Of a stretch of DNA of 32,000 bases, positions 24,661 to 32,000 are shown piece by piece. A program made the translations under genes and the position numbers. The stretch's first letter is position 1. The number at the start of each line of letters is the position of its first letter. The stretch spans positions 3,630,001 through 3,662,000 of the forward strand of contig NC_000962.3 of assembly GCF_000195955.2 (NCBI RefSeq), given 5' to 3'. The notes beneath the pieces are model-generated. The model was not told where the DNA came from. It saw nothing but the letters and a program-made list of their open reading frames with translations, and made no database searches. This DNA comes from Mycobacterium tuberculosis H37Rv. Its GTDB lineage: Bacteria > Actinomycetota > Actinomycetes > Mycobacteriales > Mycobacteriaceae.

Positions 24661-26931
24661 ATGAGCACCGCAGTCAACAGCTGCACCGAGGCGCCCGCAT
24701 CGCGATCACAGTGGATGCTGGCTAATCTGCGGCACGATGTTCCCGCATCACTTGTCGTCTTCCTTGTTGCGTTGCCACTTTCGCTGGGGATCGCGATCGC
24801 CTCCGGGGCCCCGATAATCGCCGGTGTGATCGCCGCCGTCGTAGGCGGCATTGTCGCCGGGGCGGTCGGTGGGTCGCCGGTTCAGGTCAGCGGCCCGGCC
24901 GCGGGTCTGACCGTGGTGGTCGCCGAGCTGATCGATGAGCTCGGTTGGCCGATGCTGTGTCTGATGACGATCGCCGCGGGTGCACTGCAGATCGTGTTCG
25001 GCCTAAGTCGGATGGCGCGCGCCGCGCTGGCCATCGCCCCGGTCGTGGTGCACGCCATGCTGGCCGGCATCGGTATCACCATCGCGCTGCAGCAAATTCA
25101 TGTTCTGCTCGGTGGTACGTCGCACAGCTCGGCGTGGCGGAACATCGTAGCGTTGCCGGACGGCATCCTCCATCACGAACTGCACGAAGTGATCGTCGGC
25201 GGGACGGTTATCGCGATCCTGTTGATGTGGTCAAAGCTGCCCGCCAAGGTGCGTATCATTCCCGGCCCACTGGTAGCCATCGCGGGCGCGACCGTGCTTG
25301 CGTTGCTACCCGTGCTACAAACCGAACGAATCGACCTGCAGGGCAACTTCTTCGACGCGATTGGCTTGCCCAAACTTGCCGAAATGTCCCCGGGAGGACA
25401 GCCGTGGTCTCATGAGATCAGCGCCATCGCGCTCGGTGTCCTCACCATTGCGCTGATCGCAAGCGTCGAATCGCTGCTGTCGGCGGTCGGTGTCGACAAG
25501 CTGCATCACGGCCCGCGCACCGACTTCAACCGGGAGATGGTCGGGCAGGGCAGCGCGAACGTGGTGTCCGGATTGCTCGGCGGGCTGCCCATCACCGGTG
25601 TCATCGTGCGCAGCTCGGCCAACGTGGCCGCCGGCGCCCGAACCCGGATGTCGACGATCCTGCACGGAGTGTGGATCCTGCTGTTTGCGTCACTGTTCAC
25701 CAACCTGGTGGAACTGATTCCCAAGGCGGCGCTGGCCGGCCTGCTCATCGTGATCGGTGCCCAGCTGGTCAAGCTGGCGCACATCAAACTAGCTTGGCGC
25801 ACAGGAAATTTCGTAATCTACGCCATCACCATCGTGTGTGTGGTGTTCCTCAATCTGCTGGAAGGCGTGGCCATCGGGCTGGTCGTGGCGATCGTATTCC
25901 TGTTGGTGCGGGTGGTACGCGCGCCCGTCGAGGTCAAGCCGGTCGGCGGCGAGCAGTCCAAGCGATGGCGGGTCGATATCGACGGCACGTTGAGCTTCCT
26001 GCTGCTGCCCCGCCTGACCACGGTGCTCTCGAAGCTGCCGGAAGGGTCGGAGGTGACGTTAAACCTGAACGCAGACTACATCGACGACTCCGTTTCCGAG
26101 GCCATCTCCGATTGGCGGCGCGCCCACGAGACGAGGGGCGGAGTGGTAGCGATCGTGGAAACGTCGCCGGCCAAACTGCACCACGCACACGCCCGACCAC
26201 CGAAGCGCCACTTCGCGTCTGATCCGATTGGACTGGTTCCGTGGCGATCAGCGCGCGGCAAAGACCGCGGCAGCGCTTCGGTTCTCGACCGCATCGACGA
26301 GTATCACCGCAATGGCGCGGCCGTGCTGCACCCGCATATCGCCGGGCTGACCGATTCACAGGACCCGTATGAGCTGTTCCTCACCTGTGCCGACTCGCGG
26401 ATTCTGCCGAACGTCATCACCGCCAGCGGCCCCGGCGACCTGTACACCGTCCGCAACCTCGGCAACCTGGTGCCGACCGATCCGGACGACCGATCGGTTG
26501 ACGCGGCACTCGACTTCGCCGTCAACCAGCTCGGCGTCAGCTCGGTTGTCGTCTGCGGACATTCGTCGTGTGCTGCGATGACGGCGCTCCTGGAAGACGA
26601 CCCGGCCAACACGACGACTCCCATGATGCGTTGGCTCGAGAATGCCCACGACAGCCTGGTGGTGTTCCGCAATCACCACCCGGCACGCCGCAGCGCCGAA
26701 TCCGCCGGTTACCCCGAAGCCGACCAGCTGAGCATCGTAAACGTTGCCGTTCAGGTGGAAAGGCTGACCCGCCACCCGATCTTGGCGACCGCGGTCGCCG
26801 CTGCTGATCTACAGGTCATCGGCATATTCTTCGACATCTCGACCGCCCGGGTATACGAGGTGGGTCCGAACGGCATCATCTGCCCGGACGAGCCGGCCGA
26901 CCGCCCCGTCGACCACGAATCAGCGCAGTAG
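24661..26931 (+). CDS. SulP-family anion transporter fused to a STAS region and a C-terminal beta-carbonic anhydrase (Rv3273-like). 756 aa from ATG 24661, or 764 aa from GTG 24637.
   Basis: ORF track 24607..26931. The N-terminal two-thirds is polytopic membrane sequence. The C-terminus carries the beta-CA zinc motifs CADSR (LTCADSRILP) and HSSC (VCGHSSCAAM). GAGGAG lies 7 nt upstream of ATG 24661; GTG 24637 has no SD. Confidence 0.9.
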   Translation: MSTAVNSCTEAPASRSQWMLANLRHDVPASLVVFLVALPLSLGIAIASGAPIIAGVIAAVVGGIVAGAVGGSPVQVSGPAAGLTVVVAELIDELGWPMLCLMTIAAGALQIVFGLSRMARAALAIAPVVVHAMLAGIGITIALQQIHVLLGGTSHSSAWRNIVALPDGILHHELHEVIVGGTVIAILLMWSKLPAKVRIIPGPLVAIAGATVLALLPVLQTERIDLQGNFFDAIGLPKLAEMSPGGQPWSHEISAIALGVLTIALIASVESLLSAVGVDKLHHGPRTDFNREMVGQGSANVVSGLLGGLPITGVIVRSSANVAAGARTRMSTILHGVWILLFASLFTNLVELIPKAALAGLLIVIGAQLVKLAHIKLAWRTGNFVIYAITIVCVVFLNLLEGVAIGLVVAIVFLLVRVVRAPVEVKPVGGEQSKRWRVDIDGTLSFLLLPRLTTVLSKLPEGSEVTLNLNADYIDDSVSEAISDWRRAHETRGGVVAIVETSPAKLHHAHARPPKRHFASDPIGLVPWRSARGKDRGSASVLDRIDEYHRNGAAVLHPHIAGLTDSQDPYELFLTCADSRILPNVITASGPGDLYTVRNLGNLVPTDPDDRSVDAALDFAVNQLGVSSVVVCGHSSCAAMTALLEDDPANTTTPMMRWLENAHDSLVVFRNHHPARRSAESAGYPEADQLSIVNVAVQVERLTRHPILATAVAAADLQVIGIFFDISTARVYEVGPNGIICPDEPADRPVDHESAQ

Positions 26932-28089
26932 CGCCCGCGACATCACTACCCGCTGAATCTGATTGGTGCCCTCATAGATCTGGGTGATCTTGGCGTCGCG
27001 CATAAACCGCTCGACCGGGAAGTCGGTGGTGTAGCCGGCGCCGCCGAACAGTTGTACGGCATCGGTGGTGACCTCCATCGCGACGTCGGAGGCGAAGCAC
27101 TTCGAGGCCGCCGAAATGAAGCCCAGATCCGGCTCACCGCGTTCGGCGCGGGCGGCGGCGGAGTAAACCATCAGCCGAGCCGCCTCCACCTTCATCGCCA
27201 TGTCGGCCAGCATGAACTGCACGGCCTGAAACGTACTGATCGACTCACCGAACTGCTTGCGGTCCTTGGTGTAGGCGATGGCAGCATCCAGCGCGCCCTG
27301 GGCGATACCCACGGCCTGCGCGCCAATCGTGGGACGGGTGTGGTCCAACGTGGCCAGCGCGGTCTTGAAACCGGTACCGGGCTCACCGATGATGCGATCG
27401 CCGGGGATGCGGCAGTTCTCGAAGTACAGCTCGGTGGTCGGTGACCCCTTGATCCCGAGCTTGCGTTCTTTCGGACCGACGGTGAACCCCTCGTCGTCCT
27501 TGTGCACCATGAACGCCGAGATGCCGTTGGCGCCCCGGTCGGGATCGGTCACCGCCATCACCGTGTACCAGGTCGACTTGCCGCCGTTGGTGATCCAGCA
27601 CTTGGCGCCGTTGAGAATCCAGTGATCCCCATCGGCCTTGGCCCGCGTCCGCATGGACGCCGCGTCACTGCCGGCCTCGCGTTCACTCAATGCATAGGAA
27701 GCCATCGCCCCTTCGGCGGCCAACGCCGGCAGCACCTGCTTCTTCAGCTCCTCGGAGCCCCGCAGGATCAGGCCCATGGTGCCCAGCTTGTTGACCGCGG
27801 GGATCAACGACGCGGACGCGTCGACGCGGGCCACCTCTTCGATCACGATGCAGGTAGCTACCGAGTCGGCACCCTGACCGCCGTACTCCTCCGGAATGTG
27901 GACGGCGTTGAAACCGGAGGAATTGAGCGCCACTAGCGCTTCTTCGGGGAACCGCGCCTTCTCGTCCACCTCGGCGGCATGCGGAGCGATCTCCTTTTCC
28001 GCCAAAGCCCGTATCGCCGATCGCATTTCGTCGTGTTCCTCGGGCAGCTTGAACAGATCGAACGACGGGTTTCCGGCCCATCCAACCAT
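26920..28089 (-). CDS. fadE25: Acyl-CoA dehydrogenase FadE25, 389 aa
   Basis: ORF track 26920..28089. ACAD features are present: YALSEREAGSDA, and a C-terminal QIYEGTNQIQR carrying the catalytic Glu region. GGAGGG lies 7 nt upstream of the ATG. Confidence 0.93.
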   Translation of the reverse strand: MVGWAGNPSFDLFKLPEEHDEMRSAIRALAEKEIAPHAAEVDEKARFPEEALVALNSSGFNAVHIPEEYGGQGADSVATCIVIEEVARVDASASLIPAVNKLGTMGLILRGSEELKKQVLPALAAEGAMASYALSEREAGSDAASMRTRAKADGDHWILNGAKCWITNGGKSTWYTVMAVTDPDRGANGISAFMVHKDDEGFTVGPKERKLGIKGSPTTELYFENCRIPGDRIIGEPGTGFKTALATLDHTRPTIGAQAVGIAQGALDAAIAYTKDRKQFGESISTFQAVQFMLADMAMKVEAARLMVYSAAARAERGEPDLGFISAASKCFASDVAMEVTTDAVQLFGGAGYTTDFPVERFMRDAKITQIYEGTNQIQRVVMSRALLR

Positions 28090-28113
28090 CTTGGAGCCCT
28101 CCTAATCTCCGTG

Positions 28114-28638
28114 CTAGTCGCGGGTTAACTTACCCGCAAGCCGCTGCAGTTCCGCATCCTTGGCCGCCACGACGTCGGCCAGCCGGTCCTGGAATGCGAC
28201 GATCCGGGCCCTCAGCTGGGGGTTGGCGGCTCCCAGCATCCGCACCGCCAGCAGTCCGGCATTACCGGCGCCCCCGATGGACACCGTGGCCACCGGAACC
28301 CCGGCCGGCATTTGCACGATCGACAGCAGGGAGTCAAGGCCGTCCAGCCTGCCCAGCGGTACCGGCACCCCGATCACCGGCAGCGGCGTCGCGGCGGCGA
28401 CCATACCGGGCAAGTGCGCGGCCCCGCCCGCTCCGGCGATGATCACCTCGAGACCGCGCTCGGCCGCGCCGCGCGCATAACTGAACATCGCCTCAGGGGT
28501 GCGATGGGCCGAAACAACCCGAACCTCGGCCGGAATGTCGAACTCGGCCAGCGCCGCCGCAGCGTCGGCCATCACCGGCCAGTCGCTGTCGCTGCCCATG
28601 ATCACCCCGACCCGGGGCCGCTCGCCGGCAGGAGTCAT
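28114..28638 (-). CDS. purE: N5-carboxyaminoimidazole ribonucleotide mutase PurE (class I), 174 aa
   Basis: ORF track 28114..28638. Motifs [15 protein letters not shown] and AHLPGMVAA are present. Its ATG overlaps the purK TGA (ATGA, 28635-28638). Confidence 0.95.
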   Translation of the reverse strand: MTPAGERPRVGVIMGSDSDWPVMADAAAALAEFDIPAEVRVVSAHRTPEAMFSYARGAAERGLEVIIAGAGGAAHLPGMVAAATPLPVIGVPVPLGRLDGLDSLLSIVQMPAGVPVATVSIGGAGNAGLLAVRMLGAANPQLRARIVAFQDRLADVVAAKDAELQRLAGKLTRD

Positions 28639-29924
28639 AGGCGCCGCTCCTCCTCATCGCTTCGTCCCCCGCACGCGGGTGGTACCCCCACTGCATCGTC
28701 GCTGGCGCGGTGTGGGTCCCATCCGTCAGTCCACCGCCCATGGGACAACCAGTGTGCCGCCAGCTCAGCGCGTTCACACAACTGGGCGACATCGGAGCCA
28801 AGGAAGTTGATATGCCCCACCTTGCGACCGGGTCGCTCGGCCTTGCCGTAGAGGTGAACCCGGGCGTCGGGCATTCGCGCAAACAGATGGTGCAGCCGCT
28901 CGTCGACGCTCATGGCCGGCGGCTGCGCGGCGCCGAGCACATTGGCCATCACCGTCACGGGCACCACGGCGTCGCTGTCGCCGAGCGGGTAGTCCAAGAC
29001 CGCGCGCAGATGCTGCTCGAACTGGCTGGTGCGCGCCCCGTCGATGGTCCAGTGCCCGGAATTATGTGGCCGCATCGCGAGCTCGTTGACCAGCAACGCC
29101 CCGTCGGTCGTCTCGAACAGCTCGACGGCGAGCACGCCGACCACACCGAGTTCGTCGGCCAGCTGCAACGCCAACCGTTGCGCCGCGGTGGCCAGGTCGT
29201 CGGGCAGCGCCGGCGCCGGCGCGATCACCAGCACACACGTGCCGTCACGTTGCACCGTCTGGACCACCGGCCACGCCGCACCCTGGCCGAACGGCGAACG
29301 CGCCACCAGTGCCGACAGCTCGCGGCGCAGGTCCACCCGTTCCTCGACCAGCACCGCCACGCCGTCAGCCAGGCATTCGCGAGCGAAATCACGGGCATCC
29401 GCCACATCACGTGCCATCCGAACGCCCCGGCCGTCGTAACCCCCGCGCACTGCCTTGACCACGATCGGGGCGTCGACACGTGCGGCGAAGACGTCGATTT
29501 CGTCGGGGTCTTTGATGCCCGCGTAGCGGGGCACGGCGACGCCTGCTGCAGCCAGACGCTGCCGCATGACGAGTTTGTCCTGGGCGTGCACCAGCGCCTG
29601 CGGCGACGGTGCGACATTGACGCCATCGGCGACTAGCTTCTCCAACAGCTCGTTCGGGACGTGCTCGTGGTCAAAGGTCAGCACGTCGGCGCCGGCCGCA
29701 ACGCGGCGCAAGGCGGCAAGATCGGTGTGCGAGCCGATCACCACGTTGGGGGTGACCTGCGCGGCAGGGTCATCTGCCGAGGTGACCAATACACGGAGGT
29801 TCTGCCCCAGCGCGATGGCAGCCTGATGGGTCATCCGGGCCAGCTGACCGCCACCGACCATCGCAACGAGGGGGGCAATGAACGAGGTGACCGCCGGGGT
29901 GCGTGAGCTCGCCACGGCCATCAT
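28635..29924 (-). CDS. purK: N5-carboxyaminoimidazole ribonucleotide synthase PurK (ATP-grasp), 429 aa
   Basis: ORF track 28635..29924. It has the N-terminal VGGGQLARM motif and an ATP-grasp core. The first 21 codons have high GC3 (about 18/21), which supports the long start. Confidence 0.92.
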   Translation of the reverse strand: MMAVASSRTPAVTSFIAPLVAMVGGGQLARMTHQAAIALGQNLRVLVTSADDPAAQVTPNVVIGSHTDLAALRRVAAGADVLTFDHEHVPNELLEKLVADGVNVAPSPQALVHAQDKLVMRQRLAAAGVAVPRYAGIKDPDEIDVFAARVDAPIVVKAVRGGYDGRGVRMARDVADARDFARECLADGVAVLVEERVDLRRELSALVARSPFGQGAAWPVVQTVQRDGTCVLVIAPAPALPDDLATAAQRLALQLADELGVVGVLAVELFETTDGALLVNELAMRPHNSGHWTIDGARTSQFEQHLRAVLDYPLGDSDAVVPVTVMANVLGAAQPPAMSVDERLHHLFARMPDARVHLYGKAERPGRKVGHINFLGSDVAQLCERAELAAHWLSHGRWTDGWDPHRASDDAVGVPPACGGRSDEEERRL

Positions 29925-30024
29925 GGTGTCACGGCATCTGACCGGCGTACTTGCCGGCCACGGCAGCCAAACCGTTACGTATCATTTTGCGTCGATTTTG
30001 TGTTCGTCCGTACACTCACTTGTT

Positions 30025-30696
30025 GTGTCCTTTGCCGATGCCACCATCGCGCGCCTTCCCGGGGTGGTCCAGCCCTATGCGCAGCGCCACCATGAGCTGA
30101 TCAAATTTGCCATCGTCGGCGGCACCACATTCATCATCGACACAGCAATTTTCTACACCCTCAAGCTGACGGTTCTCGAACCCAAGCCGGTGACCGCGAA
30201 GGTGATCGCCGGCATCGTCGCCGTCATCGCGTCCTACGTGTTGAACAGGGAGTGGAGCTTCCGCGACCGCGGCGGTCGCGAGCGCCACCATGAGGCGCTG
30301 CTGTTCTTTGCGTTCAGCGGCGTGGGAGTGCTGCTGAGCATGGCGCCGTTGTGGTTTTCCAGCTACATCCTGCAGCTACGGGTGCCAACGGTGTCACTGA
30401 CCATGGAAAACATCGCCGACTTCATCTCGGCCTACATTATTGGCAACTTGCTGCAAATGGCGTTCCGCTTCTGGGCGTTTCGGCGCTGGGTGTTCCCCGA
30501 CGAGTTCGCCCGCAACCCCGACAAGGCCCTGGAATCCGCCCTTACCGCGGGCGGCATCGCCGAAGTCTTCGAGGACGTCTTGGAGGGCGGCTTCGAGGAC
30601 GGCAACGTCACCCTGCTGCGGGCCTGGCGTAACCGGGCCAACCGGTTCGCTCAGCTGGGCGACTCGTCGGAGCCCAGGGTGTCGAAAACCTCGTGA
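30025..30696 (+). CDS. GtrA-like polytopic membrane protein with an acidic C-terminal extension (Rv3277-like). I favour a start near GTG 30025 (223 aa) over the 272-aa ORF start at 29878.
   Basis: ORF track 29878..30696. The GtrA-type core is ELIKFAIVGGTTFIIDTAIFYTL...REWSFRDRG...FRFWAFRRWVF. The ORF's first 49 codons overlap purK antisense and then cross a 43% GC stretch with GC3 of about 44%. GC3 jumps to about 78% from 30025 onward. Confidence 0.75.
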   Translation: MSFADATIARLPGVVQPYAQRHHELIKFAIVGGTTFIIDTAIFYTLKLTVLEPKPVTAKVIAGIVAVIASYVLNREWSFRDRGGRERHHEALLFFAFSGVGVLLSMAPLWFSSYILQLRVPTVSLTMENIADFISAYIIGNLLQMAFRFWAFRRWVFPDEFARNPDKALESALTAGGIAEVFEDVLEGGFEDGNVTLLRAWRNRANRFAQLGDSSEPRVSKTS

Positions 30697-31169
30697 TACA
30701 GCAACGCATGCACCTCCCGCAGGCGCGGAATGTTGTAGAACTCGAGCGGATCTTGTGACGCGGACTCGATAATCAACGTCCCGGTGCGAAAAATCCGCTC
30801 GAAGATCCGGTCCCGGAACTCCACGCTGTTGATCCGTGCTAGCGGTATGTCGATCCCGCTGCGGGTCAGCACACCATGCCGGAACATCACCCGCCGGTTG
30901 GTCACCACGAAATGTGTGGTCAGCCAGCTCAGGAATGGCCACAGCGTGAGCCAGCCGACGATCACCAACCAGATCCCCCAGATGACCGCGTGAATCACGT
31001 TCTTAGCGATCTGCTGCCAAGGTGTCGAGTTGACGAATCCGGACCCGAACGCCGCCAACCCGGTCAGCAAGACCAGCACCACGACGGGCCAGATTAAGCG
31101 ATTCCAGTGCGGATGGCGGTGCAGAACGACCTGCTCGCCAGCGGCCAGGACATTCTCCGGATAGCTCAT
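30651..31169 (-). CDS. Membrane protein with a bacterial PH (bPH_2/YdbS-like) domain (Rv3278c-like), 172 aa
   Basis: ORF track 30651..31169. It has two N-terminal hydrophobic helices and then a soluble domain (VVTNRRVMFRHGVLTRSGIDIPLARINSVEF). The domain name is from memory of the family. Confidence 0.8.
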   Translation of the reverse strand: MSYPENVLAAGEQVVLHRHPHWNRLIWPVVVLVLLTGLAAFGSGFVNSTPWQQIAKNVIHAVIWGIWLVIVGWLTLWPFLSWLTTHFVVTNRRVMFRHGVLTRSGIDIPLARINSVEFRDRIFERIFRTGTLIIESASQDPLEFYNIPRLREVHALLYHEVFDTLGSDESPS

Positions 31170-31211
31170 GCCCGCGACCTTAATCTTTTGGGGACGCCAG
31201 CTCCGCGCGAG

Positions 31212-32000
31212 TTAACGCAAATGCACCACGTCGCCCGCTGAAACAACTACCGTTCGACCGCCGACGTCCAGACACAGCCGACCCTGGTCATCGATGTCAC
31301 GCGCGATCCCGACGACGTCCTGGCCACCGGGGAGCTCGACGCGCACGCGCGACCCAATGGTCAGGCTGCGAGCACGGTAGTCGGCCGCCAGTTGTGGGTT
31401 GGCGTTGCGCCACTGGATGATCCGAGCTTCGAGCTCGCGCAACAGCCTGCTGGCTATGCGGTTGCGGTCCGGTGCCGCCACTCCGAGGTCCAGCAATGAG
31501 GTCGCGTCGGGATCAACCTCTTCGGGGGCCTGGGTGACGTTGAGTCCCACACCGAGTACCACAAACGGCTGCGCGACCTCGGCCAGGATGCCGGCTAACT
31601 TGCCACCCCGGGCCAGCACGTCATTGGGCCACTTGAGGCCCGTTTCGGCCGGCGGGACTGCAATCAGGGGGGCCACCGAATCGAGCACCGCCAGACCCGC
31701 GGCCAGTGACAGCCAGCCCCACGCTTGCACCGGGACGTCGACCACACGCACACCGACCGACAGGATGATCTGCGCTCGGGCAGTGGCCGCCCAGCCGCGG
31801 CCATGACGCCCCCGCCCAGCGGTCTGATGCTCGGCGATCAACACCACCCCGTCGATATCGGCCCCGGATGCCGCCCGGGCCAGCAAGTCGGCGTTGGTGG
31901 AACCGGTTTGGGCCACGACGTCAAGTTGGCGCCACCCGGATCCAGCACCGATCAGCTGGTCGCGCAGTGAGCGTTCGTCCAAAGGCGGCCTGAGCCGATC
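31212..32000 (-). CDS. birA: Biotin--[acetyl-CoA-carboxylase] ligase BirA, group I (no DNA-binding domain). The 5' end runs off the window by a few codons.
   Basis: The ORF track entry 31212..31982 begins at an internal TTG. The frame stays open to position 32000 (DRLRPPLDERSL...). The biotin-binding loop GRGRHGRGW is present. Confidence 0.9.
   Translation of the reverse strand, partial: DRLRPPLDERSLRDQLIGAGSGWRQLDVVAQTGSTNADLLARAASGADIDGVVLIAEHQTAGRGRHGRGWAATARAQIILSVGVRVVDVPVQAWGWLSLAAGLAVLDSVAPLIAVPPAETGLKWPNDVLARGGKLAGILAEVAQPFVVLGVGLNVTQAPEEVDPDATSLLDLGVAAPDRNRIASRLLRELEARIIQWRNANPQLAADYRARSLTIGSRVRVELPGGQDVVGIARDIDDQGRLCLDVGGRTVVVSAGDVVHLR

Noticed and set aside
1-32000. Search by eye for tRNA/rRNA genes, IS inverted repeats, transposase or integrase ORFs, CRISPR repeats, MIRU-type tandem repeats, toxin-antitoxin pairs and defence-system gene sets.
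   Set aside because: None was found. Gene content is housekeeping and cell-envelope metabolism throughout. The only DNA-modification gene is a solitary methyltransferase.

Overview
High-GC (about 65%) actinobacterial chromosome. From gene order and protein sequences I recognise it, from memory and without a search, as the Mycobacterium tuberculosis complex region Rv3249c to Rv3279c. I call 32 tightly packed protein-coding genes, two of them cut by the window edges. I saw no rRNA, tRNA, IS element, prophage, CRISPR array or tandem repeat.

Modules in order:
- alkB-rubA-rubB-tetR alkane hydroxylase operon
- an APC-type amino-acid permease and a divergent FAD protein
- mannose activation genes pmmA-Rv3256c-manA
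- a DUF3499 / zincin-like / whiB2 cluster
- F420 maturation genes fbiA-fbiB
- a solitary N6-adenine methyltransferase (MamA-like)
- the cell-wall linker operon rmlD-wbbL1-manB, divergent from the LCP ligase Rv3267 and Rv3268
- a metal-efflux island: pacL1-ctpC plus convergent Rv3271c
- a family III CoA-transferase
- a SulP/beta-carbonic-anhydrase fusion
- fadE25, purE and purK
- a GtrA-like and a PH-domain membrane protein
- birA

This is core genome, not an accessory island, and I do not see a convincing new multi-gene system. The best leads are:
- a 28-bp palindrome over the predicted pacL1-ctpC promoter, with no cognate regulator in the window
- a 26-bp palindrome over the predicted alkB promoter
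- Rv3268, a degenerate adenylate-forming-enzyme-like protein abutting the LCP ligase
- the solitary methyltransferase
- several start codons that the sequence argues against (Rv3277, Rv3273, whiB2, Rv3259)

Most long alternative-frame ORFs in the track are high-GC shadow ORFs.
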